In this document: in pieces, positions 50,171-64,000 of the stretch
Numbering within the stretch: position 1 is the stretch's first letter
Layout of the letters: every line of letters begins with the position of its first letter
From: Daphnia carinata
Lineage: Eukaryota
Direction: 5' to 3'
Assembly (NCBI RefSeq): GCF_022539665.2
Contig: NC_081333.1
Location: 3,720,001-3,784,000 of the forward strand
Length of the DNA: 64,000 nt
Notes under the pieces: model-generated
Told to the model about the DNA's origin: nothing
Databases searched by the model: none
Seen by the model: the letters and a program-made list of their open reading frames with translations, nothing else
Program-made: the position numbers and the translations under genes

Positions 50171-53100
50171 GTTTGAAACCTTCTTCCGTACCGATGATTA
50201 AAAATTCTTTAATGAAAATAGACAAAATCCCTTGATGAGTGGGCCAGAGATCTAAAAGGACACTACACTCAAACAGAGGGGAAGTAATACGATGAGTTTA
50301 AGCTGTGAGCAGCGGAGCACAACTGAACAGCTTTCCGAATTTCAGACTCGTTTTTTTTTTTTTTAGAAGCCCAGCTCTTCAAATATATCCCCCCTCCCCT
50401 CCCTACCAAACAAAGTCCAAACGGGCACGCACAGCTCTGCTTTCCTATTGGTCGGTTTCGATTCCTCCAGTTTAAGGAACGCCCACCTTTCCGCTTTTTC
50501 TTTTTCAACAACAACAACAAAAAAAAAAGAGAGGTCCCTTCTTCTTGTGGACGGACTGCCCCCTCCCGTGTTGAATCATCTTTCGGTCAATGATGAAGAC
50601 CCCCTTTAATAATCAGGTCATCCTGACATATTCACGGTTATAGATGCTGCGCATTATTTCGATGCGGGAAATTTCACATGAGTTTCTATATCGAATCGCA
50701 TTTATCGGTTTCTATATTTTATGTCCCATTGGTAGTCGTAAAGTTCCATAACGAGTTTGAAATTTTTTCTAAGAATGTCAATGGCAGTGACATTGTATTG
50801 AATTATGGACTGGGCGATCGGATCGATTTATCGAAACGTTTTCCGAATTTTGTAGAATTCAATTTGAATATTTTCAAAACGAACATCTACGACAATTTTT
50901 TTTTTTAAATTTTTTTTTTTTTTCAAATTAAACGAAATAAAAAGGGGAAACAATTTTTAAGTGCTGGATAACCGGAACAGACGGAACTGTTTTCACATAT
51001 TGTTCACGCTTCTCCTGTAGGTCCGTCTCGGAGTCCCACTTTAAAACATTGTGTTATGTACAACTTTAGTGGCTTGGTTCAACCATTCTGTGTGCATACA
51101 TTCGATGCCTTATTGAGCCATTACACGAGACTGATTGGGACATTTGGACCGGCGGGGTCAGCCACGACCGTCACGCATCCTCTCAAATGAAAAACCTTTT
51201 CTTTCTTTTCAATCAACAACTCCTTTAACCATGTCAACCGTTCCAGACACGCTAAAGCCTCCTCCCCGAAAAAAATTAAAACACGTGATCTTCCAAAAAA
51301 AAAGAAAAAAGAAGTGTTCCAGGTTGTCATTTTCCCACGACCCAAGTCGGTAGTCGAGTCAACTGATCGCAAAAAAATAAAGGCAATGGCTTCGATGGAT
51401 ATTATAAGAATGTGCTATGGCCTTTATAGACGTGTCACTAGGAATGTTGAAAGACGGACAACTTCTGTTTGGACCTATTCGATACGGGCCCCGAATCCAT
51501 AGACGAGCAAGCCATATACATATAGATATAACTCTTTTTCAAAGTTTTACAATGTTACGCTGTGCTACCGGTGGTGCATCTATAGAAGCTGGAAAAGATT
51601 CGTCTGATCAGACACGCCGAAGAGCCAAACGGCAAAACAGTGGCCAGATTGTTTTACAACACGAGACGCGATCAAGACGGACAGCTTTCTTTCTTTTTTT
51701 TTTTTTCAAACTTCTCCCCCCTCATAAAAATTTCCATAGAGTTCTCCAGTAGCCGCTAGTACCGGCCTCTTTTCGTCTGTCTGTCGGCCAGTATTTTTTT
51801 TTTTTTTTTCCAGGCAGTGTCGTAAAAATAAGAGATGGAGCCTCAACAGGAGATGCTATAGGCCTATGGTTTCTCTTTTTATTTTTTGTTCCAGTTGAAA
51901 AATAACAACAACACAGAAATATATATAAAAACTTAGATATGTGTCTGAAGCACCTAACTGTTTTTTGTTGCCTTTCTTATGTTGTCTGGACGTCGTAAAT
52001 GCACAGACTGGTTTTTATTCTATTCAAAAAAAGGAGCCAATAGATCAGCCACTGATTTACCTATCGATAGAGCGAGGCAACTGCATCTATCAACAGGTGG
52101 ATATCCGTGAAGAAGCATTTTTCATAAGCATCGGCATGAAGACGATGTCGAATGCGATTCGTATATTATAACAAGCACGAAGTCGCATAGCGTTTCGCCG
52201 TGTTAACATTCTTCCATGTCTTCTGGAACGGCTCCCCCCCCCCCCCCACCAAAAAAAAATGTGGGTATATGACTCAATCAATACGTTTGTGCACGGTTGA
52301 TTGGTTTGAATCAACACTTCACAAATACGGGGGCGCTGCTAAATTGCGCTGTTTTCAAAATCAAAACGAGTTTTGAAAGGGAACGAGGACAAATGGCCAC
52401 GTCAAGCCAAAAAAAAAAAAAAAAAAAAAAAATGTGCGGATATGTTTGTATAGTTTTGTCAAGACTTTTGCGCGTATTTAAACGCACACACAGCTATTGT
52501 GTAACACGAAACTGTGCGCTGTTAAAGTTCGTGCTGCCAAAAAAACATGTTGGATGGCGGTAACCACTTTGGCTTTTCTTTTTTTTTTTGTGTTGAACGT
52601 GCCTTTCTTTATTTCGGACGAGATCCCGACGGGTCAGCATTTGAAAAATGAATTTTTAGGGGAGGTAGGAAAGTTGACAGTAAATCAAATGTTGAGTCTA
52701 CACATGTGCCAATATATGTATATAGTCAAGAATCGTTTGAATTACGCGAGTTGTGCGGAAATTCCATCAGTTTTTCGTACTACTGTAATACAACTGACAC
52801 CCCGTTTTCTTTAAGACGCTTTCGACATGTTCGGGGTTCCAATTCAATATCTTGTTTACGTTTTGCTTTTTGTTTTTGTTGTGAACAAACTCCGCAAATA
52901 AATCAACTCGGGTTTTGTAATATAGACCGTACGGGACATGTCGATCCCAGTTGGACACTTACTCAATTGAGCAACGCTCGATCTTTGGGTGTCTTTAAAG
53001 TCTTGAAAGTTTAACAAAATTAAAAAAAAAAAAACAACAAAAAAAAAACAAAAACAAACAAAGATATGAAGGAAATCTTTTTCTTACCCATCCTCTTGTT

Positions 53101-56100
53101 TTTGGATATTCCGTCTGAAGTGGATCACACACACACACACACACACACAATCGAGTGTCACAAGTGGTGGCAAATGAACGCGATTAGCTGCAATCAAAAC
53201 CGAAAATCTGATGAGACATTTTTAAACTTTTACAACCACACAGGACAAAAAGTTACATGTAAAATAGGTAGAATGGGGGCGGGGCTCTTATGCTTGGCAT
53301 AAGTGGAGCGGGTGTAGGTGTAGGCTAAAAAGAAAAAAAAATGGGGACTACATCAAAAGAGAAAAAGAAGGAGGAGGTGTGTATGTGTGTACAACATGGC
53401 AGTTTCTATTGTCGGTGTGCACCACATGGAGAGGAGGGGGGGAGCTCAAAGTGAAACAGGAGGAAGGGGGGGGGGGGAAGACGATCAAAAAAGGTGTGCA
53501 ACTCTCGCGTTACCTGGCCACCTTTTTGGCCATCAAAACGGAATGGATCCAATTTCTCTTTTTCTTTATGTGTGTTTATGTCTGTAATAGTAGTGCGTTA
53601 TATTTGTATGACTACTACCACCACTAGACATAACTATTATGCTCTCCCCTCCCCACACACAACTTTTTTGTTTCAATTAGCCGCCGTTTCCGGTGCCAGT
53701 TGCCAAAGTACCGCCGCGCTGTCGCTACTGGCGCGTAATTTATGAACTAGATTTTTTTATTTTGAAACATTTTCGTTTCTTTATCTGTGTAACGCACGAT
53801 GCTGATGACTTTTGGCTTGCCTACACAATTTGAAATTCGAGGGGGGGGGGGGGAATAAAAAAATAAGAAGAGGAAAAAGATAAAAAAAATGTTTCATCAT
53901 TTTTCTGTCATGATTCCTATCCGACGGGAAATAGTTTATTTGTTTATTTTAAAAAAAAATATATAATTTTATATCCATTTCCCCCCCCCCCCCCCCCCCC
54001 CCCAAAAAAAAGGGGGGCGGGAGAACAGATGAAGGAATTCTGTTGTGTAATGCAATAGAGAACAGGTAAAGTCTATCTAAAAAAAGAAAAAAAGGCTATT
54101 CAATTGTTTCAATCCGTCCGCAGTCTTACGAATCATCCGCTATTACACGATTCTTTTTTGATTCAGTTGTTGTATACATTCTTTTTTTTTTTTTTTTTCT
54201 TTTGTTTAACACACTTCTTTTCAACGTGTTTTCATTGTGTGTGTACCTACACTGGACACTGTCCAAGCGTTTTCGTCGACAGGCTGTACACAGTAGCATA
54301 GTTTATTGTGTGTGTTCGTAGATAGATGCACGATGGGGGGACTCTGTTACCTATATAACATTTTATTTAAAAAAAAAAATAAATAGAATGAAATGGTGAT
54401 GGCCGGAAGGTTTCCGCCGCCCAACAACAATTTTTTTTTGGGGGGGGGATTGGCTGTTTGCACTCAATGACAATTCCAGGGAGCTCTGATATACAAGCGC
54501 CATCAGTAGCTCCAGTGTATTGTAATATACGGACAGCAGCAAAAAAAAAAACGAAATCAATTCATTGAAAATCGTCCAGTCACGGTGAATGATCAGATTT
54601 TATTTATAGAGAGTGGGAAAAAAGGAAGGCAGCAGGGCTTTCCAACATGCATTGAAATCAGAAAGAACAAAATCGCTCCCACTGATCCTTTCGCTTGAAA
54701 TAGAATGATTTCAAACACTTGCGTTTCTTTTTGCTGTACGACCTTAAAATTTTATTTATTTATTTTTTATATTTTTTTTTTTTTTTGGCTTTATAATTCA
54801 TTTACTTATGAATCAATCGCTAAGAGTACAGGCGGGAAATTCAAAAAAAAAAACATCCTCGACATCGATGTCTATGTATAGGCCTTCACTTCCATTGCAC
54901 TAAGTTTAAACTACGAACAAAAAAAAAAAGGGAACAAAAAAAAAATAATGAAAAATGACGACGAACAAAAAGAGAATGGGGGATGTGGCTCTCAAACAAA
55001 AGAAATAGAAAAGACAAGAGAACATTTTCGTTTCTTTTCTCTCGCGAAAGAAACACACACACACACAAAAAAAAAGAATAGACAGAGACCACCTAGCGGT
55101 GACGGAGATGCGCTTGTTAGTGTGAAATACACACCTTGCTCCTCCATAGCTGTTGCAGGTATAGATTCCATACATCAACTCTCTCAATTTTTTTTTTTTT
55201 TTTTTTTTGTATCGCGCTACTGCGCCTGCTGACAGCGCACTATAACATTCGCCAACTGGAACACAATTTTTCGTCCCTGATGTTGGCTTTCATCATTTGT
55301 ATACAGGTGAAACTCGGGGATATCTAAAAATAAAAGGGGGGGGGGGGGCCAAATCTGCGCGGTTATTATCAAAAGACGATTTTTTGTTGTTGTTGTTGTT
55401 ATTGTATACGACGTAGGCATTGGAGTGGATCGAGGCAATAATAAATCAAAGTCTTTCTTGCATTTTCTTCGCTGTTGTTGTTGTCTAGCGTACGCTTATT
55501 CTCAACTTCCGAAACGTATATTTCGCCTATTTTTTTTTTTATTGCATTATTTTGCAAACGTTTGCAGTTTTTTCTTATTTTATTGTTCATTGCCATTCAC
55601 AAAAAAAAAATAGGCATTTTTTTTTGTTTTCGTTCCAATAAGAAAATGTTTCTCTTTCTTTTTTATTGTGTCGGCATTTTACTATAGGCCTATATCCGCA
55701 ACAATCGCCATTTCTTATAATACCTTAAGAACCGCGAAAAAAAAATATGAGAGGACAATCGCAACATTGCAAAATTTTATTCTTCTGTCCCTTTCTTTGG
55801 AGGGCTGAGTTCTGTCTGGACAAACAGCAAATAAAATAAAAAAGAAGGGCCAATATCGTAAAAAAAAAAAAAAAAAAAACGGAAATTTGTTGCTTGTCTA
55901 CGTAGCAATTGATCAGGCCCTTTTTTTTTTGCTGCCAAAAAAAAAAAATGTTCAGTTTCACTTTTCTTTTTTTTTTGCTGTGTATGGGCCTATTTATTGG
56001 CATTGCCTTTTTGCGCCCCTCTTTTTTTTTCCGCGTTTTTACAGCCTCAATTCTTTATTTATTTATTAGATTGCAAAAAAGAAAGAAGGAATTTGGCAAA

Positions 56101-59100
56101 TGGACGCCGCCAAAATGTCTTTTTATGATTTTCGTTTAGATTTATTAGAGAGACGAACATACCGTTTCATCCAACGGTATTATAGTCCACCTGTAGCACG
56201 CGCTCAAAATCCTCGTAGGCCCTATTTAAGAAAACCGTTGAATCGGACGCTCAACGGACAAACTATAAAACACCCTGACCCGATTTTTTCGTTTGGAATT
56301 GAAAAAAAAAAAATAATAATAAATTATTCGGATGTGAGTAGATGACCCGCATTTCAACATTCGATCCGTTATGTCAAAAAATCATTTTTTTTTTTTTACG
56401 TCTTTGTCCTCAATAGCGTCCCCGAAAAACATGTTGTTGTCTCAAAAGTATAGTTACAAGATCAACGTTAAATGGCTTTATTACACGCTCGCAGCAATTG
56501 ATCCTCTCCATCGGACATGATGATTTTCGAGAGCATCAAAATCGAGGACGAAAGTTATGACGAATCACTTTCCCATATTATAGGACAATAAGACCCCGAA
56601 CACAACGGGCTCACATATATATAAACCTTATTGAATATGATAGCGCTGGATGGGAAAAAAAAAAAAAGTCACATAAAAATATTGGGCAAGCTTTTTTTTT
56701 TTTTTTTTTATGGAAGATGACGAAGGTCAGCGTTTAAAAAAAAAAAAAAACCTGCTTAACATGCCGCCTTTTTAATTTCATGAAAAAAAAAAAAATGTTC
56801 TTACTTTTTCTTGCAGAGTAAAAGGGCACACACATAAAAATCGATAACAGGCCGCTGAGGCTCAAGTGCACGTTGTAAAAAATTTTTTTTTTTTTTTAGA
56901 TATATCGACGCAAAGCTTATTGGAAGAAACTTGACCGACGATATGGCGCATGGGTCATAATAAAATACTAGCCTCCTTCCCCCTACTCCATCCGAAATAT
57001 GAAAAAAAAAGCTCCAATAACAAGGAAAGGGACATGTAGAAAAACAACGGAGAGAGAGAGGCTCGCGTCTGGAACGCTACTGGTTTCTTGGCCCGTACAT
57101 AAAAGAGCGGAGAAAGGACCTTGGATGAAAATGAGGTAAGATGAATCCCTCCGCTTGATAGGTAAAGGCCAGCAAAAAAAAAAAAAAAAAAAGACGAGCC
57201 TCAAGCGAAACGAAGAAAGCAAAGGCAGGGGCTGTATATATTCGAACCGGTAGCTAAATGGTTTTTTGTTGTTTTATGATCAAGCGGCTCCCCCCCCCCC
57301 CCCTTCCTTTTTTGTCGGGATCCCCAGAAAAAAAAAAAAGGGAAGATATGGAGAAAACTGAGAGAAAGAGGCTGAAAAAAAAAAAAAAACTGGTTCCAAA
57401 CAACTTGGTCGCCCATTTTCTCAAAGATTTGTTGAAATGGCTTCATTGCTCCTGTCTGTACCATCACCACCTTATTTTACGTTCTATAATAGCCTTTTCT
57501 GTTGTGTGTCCCCCTTTTTTTTTTTTTGATTTTATTATTATTTCTAGCAAACCGAGAGAGAGAGAGAGAGAGAGAAAAAGGAAAAGTTTTAAGTGTCACA
57601 GCATCCACACACAAAAAAATCTCTGAAGAAGCGTGAGAAAACAGTCGGAAAGCTTTTTTCTATTCCTGTTTCACCTTGTCAACACGTTTGCGCCGCTGAC
57701 CGTTTGACCCCCAGAAGCCTTTTTTTTCTTATGATTTCTCTTATGGTAGGAGATGCCGATCCCATATATATAACAATTGTCATTGATCTATCGCGTTTTG
57801 GTTCGGGGCTAAAACGAATCAAGGCGTTATCACATTTCAGATGACGTTGTGTGAAACTATCGTCTATGACACGGTACGTACATAAGAATTAGACGATGGA
57901 GTTGGGACGATCAACACGATTGACGTCCACAAGCAAAATGTTTTAGTGAAAGTGTAACGTTTAAAAACCAAAATCAGGCCCGCCTTTTCCGGGCAAAACG
58001 CTTTAAAAAAAAAAAAATCAAGCGCACAATGGTTAATAGCTTTCGAATAATAAGCCCCGATTGTTTACGTACATACAGTACGTATGAAAAAAAAAAAAAA
58101 AAAAAACAGAAAAAAACAACGACCTCAATGTTAGAAAGTGGAAATCCTGTCGTTACGTTCTGATTGGGTTCCATTGGTTGAAAACAGTTCAATCAGACGA
58201 CCCCGCAAAAATTTCACGAGGCGCTTGTTTAATGCGATGTAAGGCGGACCGAATCACCTGGTGCCAACGGGTTTGGTCGTGATGGCCATCAAATCGATTC
58301 ATTTTCACACACGCACTGGACAATCAAAACAACATCGATTGGTTCCATGTAAAAAAAAAATAAAAAAAATAGGATTAAACTCACCATTTATTTGCCTCGG
58401 TTCACACTCGATCATCTTTCATGAATTCCGTACGGATCGCATCCGCTCATGTATTTTAAACAATAAGAACATTCGTTGTGTGAGAAAACCTTTCGGGGCC
58501 CGGTGCAACATACATCCGCCAGCGGGGAGGAGGAGATGGAGCGTAACACATTGCAATTAAAATGGCACTTTAAACTGAAACAGTTTTGGCCGGCCTGTTT
58601 TTTTTTTGTTTAGTGAGAAAAAAAAAAGAAGTTCAGCCTTTTCTCTTTTCTCGTTCGAAAAACTCGTGTTGGGCTGTGTTACACACACATATCTATCTAG
58701 TATACCGTATATATATATATATAAATACGTCGCGTTAGTTTGGCTGTGTTTGATGGTCTCCGAGTTTCCATGACGGATCGAGAAATATTAGAGAGGCAGG
58801 GCCTTAAAACAAGTCGAGCGCATACGGGGGCCCCTGTAAGCACGTTCGCTGCTGGATACGTTGCGGCGCAACAACGTGCAGCACCCATCACTCGCTGGGG
58901 GGAAGTCTATAAGGTTGATTGCGTCACGCCCTGTCATGTATTTTATTTTTTTTCTTTTTCCCTCCGCCACACACACACACACTCACCGGGGTCGGATCCG
59001 CGCGCATCCGACACGCCACATCAGCCGCCTGCAACCATCCAAGTATTAGAACTGGAAAGGAAAAAAAAAAAATAGCCCAGGTTCCAGGATATATATATAT

Positions 59101-60136
59101 AAAATAGACTGACAGCAACAGTCATCCCATCTGTCTCTCTCTCTTTCTCGTATATATATATTTAGCCGGGAGCTCTATAGCGCTATTGTAGGAGAGGCAC
59201 AGTATATAGGAGTTTATTTTACACCCATTTTCCTTTTTTTTTTTTTTTTTTGTTAAATTGAAAATGATCTTGCGAAATTTATAGTGTTATAACCCTAGCC
59301 AATTAAAATTTCTTTTTTTTTTTAGATGGCAATAACAATGGAATTTATGATTTTAACCTCGCTTGAAAAATGGCGAATTGAGAAGAGGGCGGGATTCTTA
59401 GCTGGGAACGTAAGTAACGACGTACCGTGAATAAATAATGATGGGATTAAAATTTTAAAAGAAAAAAATAAAATAAAATAAAATGATGAACGTTAAAATT
59501 CACGTGACATCGATACGCAGTCGGCTGACTCGAAAATTCCAAGTCGTTCCAAAATATGCCAAGTGATGGAACAATTGGGAAAGTCTTTCAGAGTTGATTA
59601 TTTCACGTGAAATGACACATTTCCTACACTCTTCTATTATATCCTGCGCATTATAACGGATGCGCTATAGGCCATACCCCCCCTTCCCTCCTCGTCCGTT
59701 CCAGCGTTGTATATAATAACATTTTATAGCCTATATTATAAGGTTGTATGAGCACCAGTAGAAAAGCCGACTCACATCATGGGTTGCAGTGAAAACGAAG
59801 GCAAACTTTCAAACTCCGCCCAGTCGACTGTCACCGACCAACCAATCGACGAGTGAACGGAGGTAGATCCCACTGCAAACAAGGCGGTTCTCCAGTTCTT
59901 TTATTATTGTGTTCAAAAAAAAAAAAAAAATTTCTGTGGAACCCAACCCACCGGCCCTATATGAAGAAGCCAAAGTGGACAGGCCGTCGTGATTCTAATT
60001 CCAAGTCGTGTCGAAGCCACATCGTATCCGCTGACTTGTGTTTGCCTCTTTTTTTTTTTTTCGAGTTTCAAGTGCAAGTTCCATCCGTCGCGTGCGCTAT
60101 TCGTTTCTCGGTTGACATTTTTTGTTTTGGAAAAGA

Positions 60137-63100
60137 ATGACTGTGACTACCATCGGCATGATGCGTCCTTGCTTCACTACCGGCTACCCATTTCAAGGTA
60201 ATGAAATTCATCCTCACCGATAGATTTCAATATTTTTTTTTTTTGGTTAAAACTAATTTGCATTTGATTATTGCAATCCAATGGAAATCAACTAACAAGA
60301 TGAGAACAGACAAGTATAAGTTTAAGCGCGAATCTTTTTTGATTATTTATTGAATTTTAATGTGTTTTTTTTGTTTTTTCGCCATCAGGTCAGGGACGTG
60401 TTAATCAATTGGGTGGTGTTTTCATCAACGGAAGGCCATTACCAAACCACATCCGGCTGAAGATTGTCGAGTTGGCGGCTGCTGGAGTGCGCCCGTGCGT
60501 AATTTCACGTCAGTTGCGCGTCTCTCACGGTTGCGTCTCCAAGATCCTCAACCGATACCAAGAGACTGGCAGCATCCGTGCCGGAGTCTTGGGTGGAACG
60601 AGACCTAAGCCGAGCCTTCATCCGGACATCCAGCGTCGTATCCAATCTTACCGTATGGAGAATCCCGGTATCTTTTCCTGGGAAGTGCGCGACAGGTACG
60701 TTAAAAAAAAACAAAAAAAAACAAACAATGGGTTGTGAGTTTTCAAGATGACGTCATTGAATGCCTGATTTATTGGATCAAAATAGGTTGATTAAAGACG
60801 GCCTGTGCGACCGATCGACGGCTCCCTCGGTCAGCGCTATCTCGCGGCTCATGAAAGGCAAAGACGAAGCCGCCGAGACCGTTAAGCTGGAAAAAGGTCA
60901 GTCACCAAATCTTCTTATTTTCGTTATCTTATCCATAGCCCCCCCCCTCTTACTCCCTCTTGTAATTGAGTATAGTAACACGATTTTTATACCTTCTTAA
61001 AAGACTTGTATGGGGTCTGCACTTGACCTCGTTTCCTCCCTCCCCTCAATAGCGCGTTCCATTTTCGGTAAAAATCATAAAAAAAAACTTACACGGCTTA
61101 TGATCGGGTAATATCTCGGCTATTATAAATGGGCACAGAGAGAAGGGGGGGGGGACAGGATCGTATAGAAGAGACACAACTATCCCTTTCGAAAAAGTTC
61201 GTTTTTTTTTATTTTAAAGATGAATATGGAGAAGGGAATTCCATAATTCCTGTCCATGCTTGCGCATAAGAGACAACGGCTAGAAAAAAAAAGGGCCCGT
61301 GTCATTGTTGGCTATTTCGTTTGATATTGGCATAAATGGAGAATTTATAAAAAATGATAAAAATTAGAATTCAATGCGCGACGTTGCTGCCGGCCGCATA
61401 ATCAGGGCGGCTCACAAGAAAAAAAAGACCAAGACCCTCGTTTCTTGTCATTTTTATTAGATAAAAACAAATAAAATAGGCCTGGTGAAGTGAATGTGAC
61501 AGTTTTCTAGTTGACCCAATTTTTCCAAGTCCAGCAGACGGGCGATATAGGCCTGATGGGATCACTTTGGAAAGACACATTTTATTATCCAGTTCCAACT
61601 AGTCCCCGAAATTCTCGTTAGAGCGAAATTGTTTTTTTTTTTTTTTCATTTAAAGACAGTAAAAGGGTTATATATCTCCTGCTGGTAACACATGGTAGAA
61701 ATCAATCTGTTTTCTTCCCCCCCCCCCCTCCCCCCCAAAAAAAAAATAGAAATGAAAATGGGGGGGGCGCCCACCTAGCAACCGAGCATAATTATTATTG
61801 TCCATTAATGTACCATTATTGTCGTATATACATCACAGCCCCATTACGTCATTTACAAGTCTTGTTACTATGCACTTGTCGGCTTTTTATATTACGAAGC
61901 TGCTGTTAAACAACAAAAAAAAAAAAAAAAAAAACTACTGTACCTTTTCTTTTGGCTCTCATCTGTTCCTCACTGATCATTTTCTTCTTGGTGTTAATGG
62001 GGGACAATAGCAACAACAGCGGGAAGTCTCCTCCTCCTTCTTCGTAGACCATCCTTTTAAAAAATAAGAAACTGACCGCACACGAAATGATCACAGGTGT
62101 TGGCGGCATCGTCAACGATCCCCCCCCCCCCGCAGTAGGACGTCCTCCCCATTGATGACGATGATAATATTTTTTTCTTTTCTGACTACAAAAAAAGCCC
62201 CTTTTTGTAATTCTTATGTCCATCACAAAGAAGCATAAAATTTTGTGTACGATGTCAATAGTTAAAAATGTGAAAAATGATTTTTTTTCTTCTGTTTAGG
62301 AAATCATGGAACGATGAATAATCTCAACGGGTTGGCCAACGGGAGCATCGGCAGCAACAACAGCAACGATCTGGATGCTGGAACGGGCTCCGACTGCGAT
62401 TCGGAGCCGGGCCTCTCGTTGAAGCAGAAGCAACGCCGCCATCGGACTACCTTCACGGCCCAGCAGATGGACGAATTGGAGAAAGCTTTCGACCGTACTC
62501 AATACCCCGATGTTTACACGCGTGAAGAACTTGCCCAGCGCACGAAACTGACCGAGGCAAGAATCCAAGTTTGGTTCAGCAACCGACGCGCTCGTTTGCG
62601 TAAACAAGTCAGCCCGTCGTCCGGTAGCAGCAGCAGTGGCACTTATCAGCCGCAACAAAACGTGTCCGTTCATTCCGGATTGACTCCGTCACCACCGGCC
62701 GCATTGCCGTCCAGCGCTGCCGGACCGTCGCCCACAGCCGTGTCCAGCAGTTACGCATCGTCTGTGGCCAGCACTTACCCGTCCATCCATCAGCATCAAA
62801 CACTTCCTGTTACTGGGTCGGGATTGTCGGCCGCTTCGACCATGTTCCAGCATCATCACACGGCCGATTTCGGTCCGGCAGGTCGTCATTACGGAGCTGC
62901 CGCCAGTAGCCTATCGCCGGCCTCTTCCACAGTGACTCTACCGACCGAGATGACCTCCATCTCGCCCAGCTACCCGACCGACACCCATCACGTAAGTTGA
63001 ATCCATCGTCTTTGAATTGAATTCAAAATGAAATGGAACTCAATTCAAAATCTAATCAATTGTTTTGCATTAGTATCAGATGTACCAGCATCACCAAGCG

Positions 63101-63370
63101 ACTCAGGAGAGCTGGAACAACTTGCAACAGCAGCAACAAAATCAGCAGCATCAGCAACAGCAATTGCAAGTAGTTCAACAACAACAACAACAACAACAAC
63201 AGCAAATCCAGCATTTGAATCAATGCGCTGCCGCAGCTGTGACTAACTACTCGTTCGACGGTATCAACTGCTCATCGGCCGCACACGCAGCCGCCGCCGT
63301 GGCCGGCCACATCCATCACCGGCCCAATCCGTATCATGCCCCTTTCCCATCCATGTACGGATGGTATTGA
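60137..63370 (+). CDS. Pax3/7 (paired/gooseberry group) transcription factor, paralog 2; exons 60137-60197, 60389-60695, 60787-60896, 62300-62991, ~63074/63080-63370
   Basis: [30 protein letters not shown], paired domain, S50 homeodomain identical to paralog 1, polyQ tail, ends SMYGWY. Confidence 0.95.
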
Positions 63371-63785
63371 TTGAATCGCATTTGATGTTTCACTTCAAAT
63401 AATTTCATGTGCAAAAACAATTCCAGTTATATTCATCATATTAATTGCACATTGCCTTTGTAAACAACTCTAATTTCTTTCTTTTTTTATTTCATGTGTG
63501 TAAAACTGTACAAAAGAAAAATGTTTTGGATTTAAACAATACAGTTGATTCTGTTTCGACAAGTTTTATGTGCATCAACATTCAATTGGTGTAACGGTCA
63601 GACCAGATGCTGTACCACACAGGTGATAAAAAAGAACAAGGATAAGGTCTAACTAATCATCCGAAAGCTTGGGGCATAACATAAAAAATCAACAAGACGG
63701 TGAGTTATGTATTTCCAGACAAGTCACAAATGAATATATAGCCTCTAATAGAAAAAAAAAAAAAAAAGAATAAAAGTGTTTTTTC

Positions 63786-63808
63786 TGTGTGTGTGTGTGT
63801 GTGTGTGT
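63786..63808 (+). repeat. (TG)n microsatellite
   Basis: Directly visible. Confidence 0.9.
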
Positions 63809-64000
63809 AACGGGGTTGTGTAATAATAACACGCACAGCGGCACCAAACAGCAGCCGGTGGTCCTTCTTTTAGCGGCACCCTCGAGTAATTAAATTTTTT
63901 TTTACACAAAAAGGGGAGACGAGTTCAAGAAGTGTGTTACGGGTTACGAAAAGGGGGGGGGGGGGGGGTTATACACAAACGTTATGTAGAACACCAAAAA

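Noticed and set aside
50269..60100. Many 60-120-aa ORFs between the Pax genes
   Set aside because: Dominated by poly-F/poly-K from homopolymer runs, often non-ATG starts, no domains

Overview
Eukaryotic, intron-rich, AT-rich DNA with ~60-70 nt introns. Intron size and gene families suggest a crustacean such as Daphnia (inference only). The window has four zones. (1) 1-8.2 kb: a SEC14/CRAL-TRIO-GOLD gene, two tandem GT31 beta-1,3-glycosyltransferases and a secreted Gly/Tyr-rich (GGYG) protein. (2) 12.75-34.4 kb: a rearranged block. A 10.4-kb palindrome (near-identical ~4.75-kb arms, 14012-18758 and 19647-24394) sits inside a ~12.45-kb unit that is repeated head-to-tail (second copy 25514-34160, truncated), giving four alternating-orientation copies of an orphan spliced gene. 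The palindrome spacer is itself an older, diverged inverted repeat carrying three tRNA-like A/B-box units and bordered by a run of hairpins. The other inversion centre holds two divergent, apparently truncated Tyr/Thr-rich (YYTT) genes around a small foldback element. A tRNA-derived SINE-like element marks the left breakpoint. No transposase was recognised, and an assembly artefact cannot be excluded from sequence alone. (3) 34.5-46.4 kb: two tandem SDR dehydrogenases, a TMIE homolog, NIP7, an ACAP-type ArfGAP and an intronless RING gene. (4) 47-63.4 kb: two divergently transcribed Pax3/7 (paired/gooseberry-group) paralogs separated by ~10 kb of homopolymer-rich noncoding DNA.
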